Positions 1 through 8,709 of a stretch of DNA of 31,218 nucleotides are shown here, piece after piece; position 1 is the first letter of the stretch; every line of letters begins with the position of its first letter. The stretch is taken from NCBI GenBank assembly GCA_024407725.1, contig JAKSVZ010000010.1:1-31218 (forward strand). Reading direction: 5' to 3'. Source of the stretch: Opitutales bacterium (GTDB taxonomy: Bacteria > Verrucomicrobiota > Verrucomicrobiia > Opitutales > UBA9783). The notes under the pieces are model-generated. The model saw only the letters and a list, made by a program, of their open reading frames with translations, was not told where the DNA came from and made no database searches. A program made the position numbers and the translations under genes.

Positions 1-1339
1 CATTAACGCTCGTACGTACCATAAACGGTAATTTGCGCACCGCATAGGCAATGATCAACAACCACGTTGGGTTTTTCGTCTTTTTTAAGGCTGAGAACCA
101 CTGACCCTCTTGGGAAATGGCAAGCAACCCAAACGCAATGACCAAACTAGGAACCGCTAAGGGCAACATGGAGCATAAATCCAGTAAATTTCTTCCGAGT
201 AATTTGCTGCGTACAATAACAAATGCAATTCCCAACCCCAATATCATAGCGATAATAGTAGCGCTGGATGCATAAATAATGCTGTTTTTAATGGCAGGAA
301 TTGCAACCGAATCCCCCAAAGCCTCCCAATAATTTTGGATGGTAAATGCATTGGGCAATAAGGATTGATACCAATCCGTTGCGAACGAGAACAAGATGAC
401 TACAAAATGAGGACTTAACGCTACAAGCAGCACTCCTGCAAAAACCGAAAAACACGCAATATTACCTAGAAAACTGGGCTTTTTGCATACGTGCACATGC
501 GAAGCTTTGCTATTTGCCTGATAATCGTTTTTCCTGAAGAAAACCTGCATTAAGAAGTAAAATATAAGCACTACCGTTAGCATGATGATGACCAAATCAT
601 AAGGTAGGGTACTGCTACTGATTTCGTTTAATGCACGATAAATATGTACCGAGGTAATACGGTTAAAGTTGAACATCAAGGGGATACCTAACTCGGTAAA
701 GGACCAAATAAAGACCAACGTACATCCTGAAAAAATTCCTGGACGAATGAGCGGCAGGATAATCGACCAAAACTTGCGCCAAGGCTTATTGCAAAAATTA
801 TTAGCAGCTTCGATTAACGTTGGATCTAGATTAGCCAGCGCTGTAATAATATTGAGGTAAATAATAGGGAATGAACTTAATGCGTTTAAGAGGATAATGC
901 TGGTCATTGGCGCAACTCCCACCCAATCAATTGGGTTGGTAATCCATCCTAAACGCAGCAACAACGCATTAAGAATGCCGTAAGTCCCAAATAAATGCAA
1001 ATACCCATTGGCGGCAATCAAAGAGGGCAAGATGATAGGGAATAAAATGACTTTAGTCAGGAGTGATTTACCAAAGAAATCATACTTGTGAGCTACAAAG
1101 GCTAAAATGAGCGAAACAACCAAGCTTAAAAAAGTAGCCCCAACGCCTATGATAAAGGCGTTCAACAACCCGCGCATATATACGGGATTTCTGAAAATAA
1201 TTTGGAAAAACTCTAATGTAAATCCGTGCGCGCCATCAGAAAAACCACCCTTGATAACTACGCTTAATGGTAATACAAAGAAAAAACCTAAAAATGCAAA
1301 TGCGCTAATGTAAATGAGAGTTGCTAACCGCTTACTCAT
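1..1339 (-). CDS. ABC transporter permease with two tandem transmembrane modules (FbpB/ThiP-like, iron(III)- or thiamine-type importer). The C-terminus is cut by the left window edge.
   Basis: The minus-strand frame is open from the ATG at 1339..1337 to position 2. It is absent from the ORF track because no stop lies in the window. My translation starts MSKRLATLIYISAFAFLGFFFVLPLSVVIKGGFSDGAHGFTLEFFQIIFRNPVYMRGLLNAFIIGVGATFLSLVVSLILAFVAHKY. It has an internal EAA loop LDPTLIEAANNFCNKPWRKFWSIILPLIRPG. A second module ends ...KNPTWLLIIAYAVRKLPFMVRTSVN at the edge. Confidence 0.8.
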   Translation of the reverse strand, partial: MSKRLATLIYISAFAFLGFFFVLPLSVVIKGGFSDGAHGFTLEFFQIIFRNPVYMRGLLNAFIIGVGATFLSLVVSLILAFVAHKYDFFGKSLLTKVILFPIILPSLIAANGYLHLFGTYGILNALLLRLGWITNPIDWVGVAPMTSIILLNALSSFPIIYLNIITALANLDPTLIEAANNFCNKPWRKFWSIILPLIRPGIFSGCTLVFIWSFTELGIPLMFNFNRITSVHIYRALNEISSSTLPYDLVIIMLTVVLIFYFLMQVFFRKNDYQANSKASHVHVCKKPSFLGNIACFSVFAGVLLVALSPHFVVILFSFATDWYQSLLPNAFTIQNYWEALGDSVAIPAIKNSIIYASSATIIAMILGLGIAFVIVRSKLLGRNLLDLCSMLPLAVPSLVIAFGLLAISQEGQWFSALKKTKNPTWLLIIAYAVRKLPFMVRTSVN

Positions 1340-1342
1340 ATT

Positions 1343-1435
1343 ATCACACTCATTAGATACGATTTTCTAATAAAAAACAACTGAAATAATAAATGTTTTT
1401 TATTTTTAATAACCATCGTCCTAATGAGTGCTGAT
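1343..1435. promoter_or_regulatory. Long-range imperfect inverted repeat of about 20-bp arms around an AT-rich 53-nt spacer. It lies between the asmA-like stop and the ABC permease start.
   Basis: Arm 1 is ATCACACTCATTAGATACGA (1343-1362). Arm 2 is TCGTCCTAATGAGTGCTGAT (1416-1435). The perfect 10-bp core is CACTCATTAG (1347-1356) paired with CTAATGAGTG (1421-1430). It is flanked by 4-bp extensions with small bulges. Confidence 0.45.
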
Positions 1436-1452
1436 CTATCCTTGTTCTATCT

Positions 1453-4400
1453 TTAAAACAATTTTAAAAGATTTTCTATTTTATTGATCGGATTTGAACT
1501 GTCCTTTTGGGTCGCTTTCCCCTTTTTTGTCTTAGTCTGTTGTAACTTTGCATGATTTAATAGCTCCGTTAACCCTCCATAATTGGGTTTGCCGAGCGTC
1601 CCATCGATGGTACAACGCGGCCCAATGCCATAACCCAATTCCGTACGATTATTGGCATCAAACGTAAAATGATCGTTAAATGGACTTTGTTGCGGCGCGC
1701 TGAATTGAACTTTGCACAATAAGTTTTGTTGCTCCATTGGACGCGAAAAATCCGTACTTACTTGACCGTCAACATCAATTGCCAAATCAGCATTGGTTAC
1801 ATTGCCCTGAAATACGATTGGCTTTGCGGATTCCCGTTGTAGATTCAATGCGAATTTAGAAAAATCTATTGTTTTCGCATAACTAGACAAAAATTCAATA
1901 GCTCCTGTTCCCGGTACGGTTATATCGGTCGCAGATTGCAACAAGGAAGTAATACCCGATACCGCTTGAGTTCCGGTAGATACAGTTTTGCTCGGTATAA
2001 ATCTTCCATTGGTAGCTTGAACGGATACATGAGTGGTTGCATTTTGTAGATGCTCCAAATCACCGTTAACATCCGCGTTAAACCCCGCCGTTCCACTCAA
2101 TTGCCCATATAGCGATAGGGGATATTGGAAATAAGCTGGAATGTTCCACATCTTGCTCAATTGCATACGATCGGCTAACAATGAGCCTTCAACATGCTGT
2201 TGATTGAGATCATACAATGCGTGCCCTTGAACGTTACCCTCACAGCATTGCATACCTAGATTCTTAACCGCAATAGCCGTTGGAGTAATATTAATACTGC
2301 TGGAGAAGTTTTGGAGTTCTAAATCCGGAATGGACTTTAGCTGAACATCCACATTGCCTTGAATGGGCAACGTAAATTTAGCTTTTGCTTCTGGAGTCTT
2401 CGACGTACTCGCCGTTGATACAGCCGATGAATTCGATACCCTACTGCCAACAGCTTTTGTTTGGGTCGTTTTAAGTGCATCTTGAATGTACTTTATCAAC
2501 GCCATCCAATCACTTGCCCATAGCTTATCGCTGGTAATTTTACCCGACAACTTATTCTGTTGGGTTAACGTTTGCTGAAAGCTTAAATCACTGGTGTGAT
2601 TTTCATGCTTTAAAACAATCGATCCTTCTAATTGATGGCTTTGCTTTGAACCTTGGGTATAGTGGTTCTTTAACGATAAATCAAATGGTACCGATGACAA
2701 CGATAGATGAGCTGATGTATCTGCAGATTTGTTCTTAGCTTCCCATTGCCATTTACTCTGGATATTACCGAAAAACCCTGGGTATTTTAACGCAAAAGGT
2801 TGTACGCTTAACGCATCTAGTTTTGCTTCCACCGATCCATGAGTGGTTTGAATTTGGTCATCATACCCACTAACATCAGCATCCACTAATAACAGAGGCT
2901 CGTTTTGCTGAGGAGCATCAATCCGTAAATTTTTAACCCCAAAATGCCATTTGTGTAGTTGATATGTCCCACAATTCAATTGATCAATAGTGATACCTTT
3001 CAAACACAGCTGTTCCTGATTTTCAAGATATAGAGCGAAATTATCCACCTTTAGAGGTTGCGTTAATTCAAATTCAAACCCTCCTGGTGCTGCTTTAATA
3101 TGTCCTTGAGTCGAAAATGTTCCTTCTGTTCCAATACCTTGATACTGTACTAAATCTAAAGGACATTGATTTACTTGAAACTGAACCAATGGGTCGGTAG
3201 AAACATTAATCAAAACTCCCTTAAGAACGCTAAAATTTTTTAACAATTTGAGACGTATCCAATCGTTTTTCTTAGAATTACCATAAAGTTCACAAGCAAA
3301 TTGATAAAAATCACAGCACTCAGATTTTAATGTATATATAAAATTGTGTGAGCATTTTAAATGTAGTTCTGAATTTAAAGAACATTTTAACGAACTTAAA
3401 TCCAAATAAGATTTAGATAAATTCTGATTAAATTCTAGATTCCCAATACACGTATAGTATGAAACATTTGTTAAGAGAAATTTTCCCTCTCCTTTGGCAG
3501 TATAATGTAAGAAAGGAGTATCCTCATTTTTTCCCTGAACTGCTAAGTCAGCTTGATAATTTAAAGAAGAGGAATCACTTTTAATAGCACATTGGCCTTT
3601 AAAGCGAGCAAGTGTGTTGGTTAATAATTTTTGATGATTGATTGCGATTTGATCGCAATAGATTGAAATAGGTTTGGTGGTATCGATGACCAATTCCTGT
3701 TTTTTATCATCAAAAGACACTTGGATTGTTCCTTCGGTAATATGAGCGCCAATAAAATGACCTTGTGATGCAAGATAGGGGTTAATAAACCCAAACGGTA
3801 GGTTTTGATATTTTAGTTCAACCAGAAGTGGGTTATCCTTTGAGTGGCATTGAAGCGCTTTTTTAGCGTAACAATAGGTTAAGGGTTGGTACATCTTGGA
3901 TTGGAAAAAGATACGACCTTGTTCTTTATCATCGCCCAATAACGCATCACATTTGTTTAACGTAAATTGTTGCGCATTAAATTCTGCATTAAATTGAGCA
4001 GTGCCTTTAACGACAGGCAAGTTGATAGCTTCAGGGTATAAATTGTAAGCTGTGCCATTCAGCAAACCATTTAACTGCCACAAATGGGTATCACGCTTTA
4101 AATTACACGTTCCTTCTGACTGAATGGATACCGTAGGAATATGAGCTAGTGGAAGCATTTGTAACCAATTTTGGTCTAAATTCGCATTCCACTTGATATT
4201 AACGAGATGATTGGCGCTCTTACCCGTTTCTCCAACGAGCGAAACCTCATTGTTAGCGCCATATACAATATTCAATTGTAAATGTTCATTGGACGAATCC
4301 TTAACCTTTGCTAACGACCCTTTATAATCAATGGCTGGATAATTGACAGAGCCCTTATTGAGCTTTGCGCACCCTTTTAAATCGATTTGGGTGAAATTGG

Positions 4401-5028
4401 AACTTTCATTAAGATTAAGTTTAACGTTTCCTTCGAGTTGATTGCTCAAAACTTCCGAACCTATTTGGGTATTTATTTGAGCTCTGTATTCTAATATACC
4501 ACAGTTGTTAGCTGATAAGTTCTTGAGGGTAATATGTCCACCGAGAACATCTACCTGCGGAACATGTGCTTCCAAGTGGATATCGCAACTTTCGATATCC
4601 AATTTAACCGGTAATTTTAAAGAATCAAAAAACGAAAAAGTGTCTGAAGTTTTGGAAGAATGAGTAGAAAATCCTGCAGTTTGAGTAACTTTTTCTGGAA
4701 GCGGCTCATTTAAATCAACGGATACGACCGCTTGAAAGTTTTTGACGTGTAATTTGCGTCCAAAAATCAGGCTCCAAGGAGTCCATTGCAAATTTAATTG
4801 GCGAATAGTAATACTTTGGTTGGGATTTTTGACCTCGATGGCATCAGCGGTTATAGAAGTTGAGGAACCAATATAACGTTTAAAATGCACTTCTTGAAAT
4901 TGACTGCGTAACGCAAGTTTTAAGCTTGTTTCCTGTACCCATGAACACTGCAATGCAATGATTAACAAAGCAAACAATCCTAGGATGCTTAAAGTACTAT
5001 AGATGCAAAATTTTTTCCAAAACTTCAT
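1453..5028 (-). CDS. Giant AsmA/TamB-like envelope protein (N-terminal membrane anchor, long beta-rich body)
   Basis: 1191-aa ORF. The N-terminal anchor is MKFWKKFCIYSTLSILGLFALLIIALQ. The long Ser/Thr/Asn/Gln-rich body resembles AsmA-family proteins. The C-terminal ...CTIDGTLGKPNYGGLTELL resembles the GTLxxPk tail of AsmA-like C-terminal domains. The family assignment is by architecture and weak motifs only. Confidence 0.5.
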   Translation of the reverse strand: MKFWKKFCIYSTLSILGLFALLIIALQCSWVQETSLKLALRSQFQEVHFKRYIGSSTSITADAIEVKNPNQSITIRQLNLQWTPWSLIFGRKLHVKNFQAVVSVDLNEPLPEKVTQTAGFSTHSSKTSDTFSFFDSLKLPVKLDIESCDIHLEAHVPQVDVLGGHITLKNLSANNCGILEYRAQINTQIGSEVLSNQLEGNVKLNLNESSNFTQIDLKGCAKLNKGSVNYPAIDYKGSLAKVKDSSNEHLQLNIVYGANNEVSLVGETGKSANHLVNIKWNANLDQNWLQMLPLAHIPTVSIQSEGTCNLKRDTHLWQLNGLLNGTAYNLYPEAINLPVVKGTAQFNAEFNAQQFTLNKCDALLGDDKEQGRIFFQSKMYQPLTYCYAKKALQCHSKDNPLLVELKYQNLPFGFINPYLASQGHFIGAHITEGTIQVSFDDKKQELVIDTTKPISIYCDQIAINHQKLLTNTLARFKGQCAIKSDSSSLNYQADLAVQGKNEDTPFLHYTAKGEGKFLLTNVSYYTCIGNLEFNQNLSKSYLDLSSLKCSLNSELHLKCSHNFIYTLKSECCDFYQFACELYGNSKKNDWIRLKLLKNFSVLKGVLINVSTDPLVQFQVNQCPLDLVQYQGIGTEGTFSTQGHIKAAPGGFEFELTQPLKVDNFALYLENQEQLCLKGITIDQLNCGTYQLHKWHFGVKNLRIDAPQQNEPLLLVDADVSGYDDQIQTTHGSVEAKLDALSVQPFALKYPGFFGNIQSKWQWEAKNKSADTSAHLSLSSVPFDLSLKNHYTQGSKQSHQLEGSIVLKHENHTSDLSFQQTLTQQNKLSGKITSDKLWASDWMALIKYIQDALKTTQTKAVGSRVSNSSAVSTASTSKTPEAKAKFTLPIQGNVDVQLKSIPDLELQNFSSSINITPTAIAVKNLGMQCCEGNVQGHALYDLNQQHVEGSLLADRMQLSKMWNIPAYFQYPLSLYGQLSGTAGFNADVNGDLEHLQNATTHVSVQATNGRFIPSKTVSTGTQAVSGITSLLQSATDITVPGTGAIEFLSSYAKTIDFSKFALNLQRESAKPIVFQGNVTNADLAIDVDGQVSTDFSRPMEQQNLLCKVQFSAPQQSPFNDHFTFDANNRTELGYGIGPRCTIDGTLGKPNYGGLTELLNHAKLQQTKTKKGKATQKDSSNPINKIENLLKLF

Positions 5029-5115
5029 AGCATCTATTTACGATATTTATCATAACAATTGCAAATCTTTATAAAAAAGTTGCTAAAATTAGGTTCAATT
5101 CTTACAAGAAAAGGT

Positions 5116-5859
5116 ATGAATCTCTTGAAGGAACGTGTAGCATTAGTTACTGGAGCGGGTCGTGGTATTGGAAAAGCAATTGCAGAAGCCTTTGCAAAAG
5201 AAGGAGCAATTGTATTGTGTGTAAGCCGTACTGAAAGTAACTGTAAGCAGGTTGCACAATCTATTGTAGAGCAAGGTGGACGTGCTGAAGCGTTTGCGAT
5301 GGATGTTGCGGATAAGCTTTCGATCGCTACGGTTTGTAAGACCATCTTAGAACGTTACCCAAAAATTGATATTTTAGTAAACAACGCGGGGATTACTCGA
5401 GACCAACTATTTTTGTTAATGAAAGAAGATGATTGGGAGCAGGTGTTGTTTACTAATCTCTTTAGTGCGTTTTATCTCACAAAAGCCGTTGCGCGTTCTA
5501 TGGTATCGAACCGCTGGGGACGTATTATCAACATGTCTTCGGTTTCAGGAGTTTCGGGAAACGCTGGGCAAGCCAATTATTCTTCAGCAAAAGCCGGATT
5601 AATTGGATTTACGAAATCGTTAGCGAAAGAACTAGCAGGACGTTCGGTAACGGTTAATGCGATTGCGCCTGGGTTTATTGATACCAACATGACTCAAAGC
5701 TTGGATGCCAAAATTGTCGAGCAAGCGAAAACTGTTATTCCTATGAAACGTCTAGGAAAGCCGGAAGATGTGGCAAATCTTGCTGTATTTCTTGCTTCGG
5801 AACAGTCTGGGTATATTACAGGGCAAGTAATCAACGTTGATGGTGGATTGGTGATGTAA
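5116..5859 (+). CDS. fabG: 3-oxoacyl-[ACP] reductase FabG (classical SDR)
   Basis: Contains MNLLKERVALVTGAGRGIGKAIAE (TGxxxGIG), NNAG, and S...YSSAKAG (YxxxK). It ends NVDGGLVM. I moved the start from 5059 in the ORF track to the ATG at 5116, which is preceded by aagaaaagg, to match the usual FabG N-terminus. Confidence 0.9.
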   Translation: MNLLKERVALVTGAGRGIGKAIAEAFAKEGAIVLCVSRTESNCKQVAQSIVEQGGRAEAFAMDVADKLSIATVCKTILERYPKIDILVNNAGITRDQLFLLMKEDDWEQVLFTNLFSAFYLTKAVARSMVSNRWGRIINMSSVSGVSGNAGQANYSSAKAGLIGFTKSLAKELAGRSVTVNAIAPGFIDTNMTQSLDAKIVEQAKTVIPMKRLGKPEDVANLAVFLASEQSGYITGQVINVDGGLVM

Positions 5860-5883
5860 TTCACCGGTTGCTCATTACCTCAA

Positions 5884-6807
5884 TCATGCTTCAACCGAAC
5901 GCTCGGAGTAGCGTAATCTTTCAATGCGTTCGTTGAATGCAGTTGGCAAAGGTGCGGTGATTATAAGCTCTTTTTGCGTAATAGGGTGCACAAAGGCAAT
6001 TTGATAGGCGTGTAAGAACAAACGTACATCGGATTTCCCATATTTTTCATCTCCGACAATAGGATGACCTATGTGTTTTAGATGCACGCGGATTTGATGC
6101 GTACGTCCGGTAATGGGATAACAGGCTAATAAAGTTTGGTGGGCTTTGGAGAAAGCTTCCAAACGTTCCCATTGGGTACAAGCGCTTCGGCCGGTAGGAA
6201 TGACGCACATAGCGGTTCGATCGCGTTGATTTCTGCCTATAGAAGCCTGAATTATCCCAGATTGGCATGCAAAAACGCCTTCGACCAAAGCATAATAGGT
6301 TTTGTGAATCCGGCGTTCTGCAAATGCTTTTGTTAACAACCAGTACGCTTGATCTGTTTTAGCAAAGATAATAACCCCTGAAGTTGCTTGATCGAGCCGG
6401 TGAACAACCCCAGGTCGTTGAATACCCGCTGCAGTACTTAACGGGGTATGCGACAGTACGTTTTCGACCAACGTAGTGCCCGGCTTTACTTGATTTCCTA
6501 GGTGGACGACTTGCCCCTCTGGCTTATTAAGAACAATAACGAATTCGTCTTCGAATAGAATATCCAAATCTCCCTGAGTCGGAATCAGGGTAGTGGGGGG
6601 TAGATCCGGAAGACAAAACGCACACTGATCGTCAATTTTTATCCGATAATTGGGGTCAACAACGGTTTGGTTGTTGATTTGAAGCGAACCGGATACAATC
6701 GCTTGTTGGATACGTGTACGGCTCGGATGATTATCTAAATGTTCTGCTAAAAACTTGTCGATACGCTGACCAGCCCATTCGCTTGGGACAACGAATTGGG
6801 TATTCAT
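5884..6807 (-). CDS. rluD: RluA-family rRNA pseudouridine synthase, RluD-type (N-terminal S4 domain)
   Basis: 307 aa. The S4-like N-terminus is RIDKFLAEHL...SRTRIQQAI. The catalytic motif is HRLDQATSGVIIFAKT. The downstream motif is GRTHQIRVHL. Confidence 0.88.
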   Translation of the reverse strand: MNTQFVVPSEWAGQRIDKFLAEHLDNHPSRTRIQQAIVSGSLQINNQTVVDPNYRIKIDDQCAFCLPDLPPTTLIPTQGDLDILFEDEFVIVLNKPEGQVVHLGNQVKPGTTLVENVLSHTPLSTAAGIQRPGVVHRLDQATSGVIIFAKTDQAYWLLTKAFAERRIHKTYYALVEGVFACQSGIIQASIGRNQRDRTAMCVIPTGRSACTQWERLEAFSKAHQTLLACYPITGRTHQIRVHLKHIGHPIVGDEKYGKSDVRLFLHAYQIAFVHPITQKELIITAPLPTAFNERIERLRYSERSVEA

Positions 6808-6817
6808 AGGTTACAAC

Positions 6818-7654
6818 TTAACTAGGCAATTGGATTTCTGGGTGATGCGAACGGATATACGCAATGTATTTCCCTTCAACATAATTCCAGATGTCGATAA
6901 TCGATTTGATGCGCTTTAAATCCAGTTTTTTACCCATAGTCTCTTCATAAGCCTTAACTAGGGGTTCTTCGAAGGTGGCATCTGAGCGGCCAATAATCCG
7001 TGCGATATCGCAATAATCTGTGGAAATACCGGCAAAAGCAAAATCGATTACGCCAATCATCCGGTCGTTTTCATCCAATAAAATATTTCCTGGATTTAAA
7101 TCCCCATGAACCACATGCGGATCTTGTTCCAATTCACGTAACAAATTGTGTTGGGACAAATCGTACGGTTGTTCCGTAACCTCAGATACTTCATCCAAGA
7201 ATTTCGAAACGTACATGTTGCAAGAATTGGGTAAGCTTTTTGGGTCAATTGCCTCCAAATCCTTAAGGAATTGGGCGATATCAAACGCAACATTGGTAAG
7301 AGCCTGACGCGATAAAGACTTAAAGCGTTCGGTCAACGACCATCCCTTGATCTTTTGGTGCATACTAAAGGGGCGATCTTGGTCGTAAAATATTTGTAAA
7401 TTCGGCAGTTTGAACCGAACTTTATCCTTAATAAAGGTGCAAAAAGAATAATCTTTGAGCATCATTCTGGAGAAAAAGTCATTTCTCGGGAACCGGAAAA
7501 TATAGGAATCCTTATCATCGGATGCCGAAATCACGATGTTAGTCCATCCCGTTTGAATATGATGGACAGAAGAGGGAACAACATCCGGTAAATGTTGGCT
7601 GATGATTTCCAAAAAATTATCTTGAGGGGAAAAATGACTTTGCATTAATCCCAT
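6818..7654 (-). CDS. APH/ChoK-family phosphotransferase (small-molecule kinase, substrate unknown)
   Basis: 278 aa. The Brenner/catalytic-loop plus DFG-equivalent region is VVHGDLNPGNILLDENDRMIGVIDFAFAGISTDYCDIA. The N-lobe motif is YIFRFPRN. Confidence 0.75.
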   Translation of the reverse strand: MGLMQSHFSPQDNFLEIISQHLPDVVPSSVHHIQTGWTNIVISASDDKDSYIFRFPRNDFFSRMMLKDYSFCTFIKDKVRFKLPNLQIFYDQDRPFSMHQKIKGWSLTERFKSLSRQALTNVAFDIAQFLKDLEAIDPKSLPNSCNMYVSKFLDEVSEVTEQPYDLSQHNLLRELEQDPHVVHGDLNPGNILLDENDRMIGVIDFAFAGISTDYCDIARIIGRSDATFEEPLVKAYEETMGKKLDLKRIKSIIDIWNYVEGKYIAYIRSHHPEIQLPS

Positions 7655-7696
7655 CCAACGACTTTTTGCCCCTTATGTCAATGGGAATTAGGAGAC

Positions 7697-8608
7697 CTAA
7701 CAAGTTGGCAATTCAAACGCCTTTATGGGCAATAACGGATTGTTTTTGGCTCCCAACAAAGCAAAATTACGCTGCGTACGGCTTAAATAAGAAACAATTG
7801 CGCTTTGGGTTTTCGAAGTCAAAGAATCGAATCCGATGAATGAATAATGGGTTACATCAACCTGATTGAGCAATCCCGAACGATTGATAGGGGCTTCATT
7901 GATATTTGTCTGATATCCCCATAGCAAGGAATCAGAAATGCTATCCGGAAGATCAGCACACGCGATCGATTGCTGAACTTTGTTTTGTGCGCTTAAGTAA
8001 GAAGTAATCGTACCCCTTAAGGCATTTTGTTGCTGCTCTGTAGGCACCGCCAAACTAAATTCTGGTTCTTTGTCCAATATCCCATAAACGTAGGTCAATT
8101 GATTTTGCGATAAGCAAGCAGGCTGCTCATCAATAACATAATCGTTAAAGGCCATAACATTTGAGTTTTGGATGGCAGCCAATGGCTCTAATGGCAAATC
8201 AATGTGTAAAATACGGTAAGGAATTGCCCAAGTTAGCAGCAATAACAGATAGCAATCGAACAAGCAGGTATAAAGCGTCGGCGGCAGTAAAATTTCATAA
8301 CTGCAGTCATTGGGCGAACCCTGCTCAATTAATAAATTTTGTAACCCATTTAACGCATTCCAATTTTCAGCGTAAGACGAAACATGCTCAATCGGTAATG
8401 AAAAAACCTTAATCTGAACATGGGGGAATTTTGCCTTAATGAATTGTTGCGTCGATAAGACGTTGAGCTTCCAAGGCTTTAACTCCAACAGGATAACTTC
8501 ATCATAAGTATCCTGCTCCAAAGCACATAATACAGAACCTTTTATACTCCGTTCGAGAGAAAGTTCAGGATCGTAATCACAAGGAATGGCTACCAACACC
8601 TGTTTCAT
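7697..8608 (-). CDS. Hypothetical protein. It looks like a degenerate, truncated RtcR-like regulator (CARF-like N-domain plus a remnant sigma54-type AAA+ core lacking its ATPase motifs).
   Basis: The ORF is 7697..8665, but the 8665 start is TTG. An ATG at 8608 gives MKQVLVAIPCDYD.... By-eye alignment to E. coli RtcR recalled from memory gives these pairs. DEVILLELKP...YEILLPPTLYTCLFDCYLLLLL aligns to DRLELLHDA...YLIHITTGTHVAQICWFLL. IACADLPDSISDSLLWGYQ aligns to VNCATLRGDTAMSTLFGHV. RSGLLNQVDVTHYSFIGFDSLTSKTQSAIVSYL aligns to REGLLRSANGGMLFLDEIGELGADEQAMLLKAI. Confidence 0.4.
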   Translation of the reverse strand: MKQVLVAIPCDYDPELSLERSIKGSVLCALEQDTYDEVILLELKPWKLNVLSTQQFIKAKFPHVQIKVFSLPIEHVSSYAENWNALNGLQNLLIEQGSPNDCSYEILLPPTLYTCLFDCYLLLLLTWAIPYRILHIDLPLEPLAAIQNSNVMAFNDYVIDEQPACLSQNQLTYVYGILDKEPEFSLAVPTEQQQNALRGTITSYLSAQNKVQQSIACADLPDSISDSLLWGYQTNINEAPINRSGLLNQVDVTHYSFIGFDSLTSKTQSAIVSYLSRTQRNFALLGAKNNPLLPIKAFELPTC

Positions 8609-8709
8609 AGCAAATAACAAATCAATAAGGTAACCACTTTGTGCCCTTTGTAAAACATAAAACAAATAAAATTTTGCCTTTAACCCGACATTCGTGGTTT
8701 AATAAATAT

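Noticed and set aside
1330-1362. Possible Fur box, suggested by GATAAT adjacent to the start of an iron-type ABC permease.
   Set aside because: Only one GATAAT hexamer matches. The rest of the 19-bp Fur consensus is not present.
1343-1435. Resemblance of the inverted-repeat arms (AGCACTC and GAGTGCT) to the HrcA CIRCE element TTAGCACTC-N9-GAGTGCTAA.
   Set aside because: The half-sites are more than 60 nt apart instead of 9. One arm matches only about 6 of 9 positions. The downstream gene is an ABC permease, not a chaperone.
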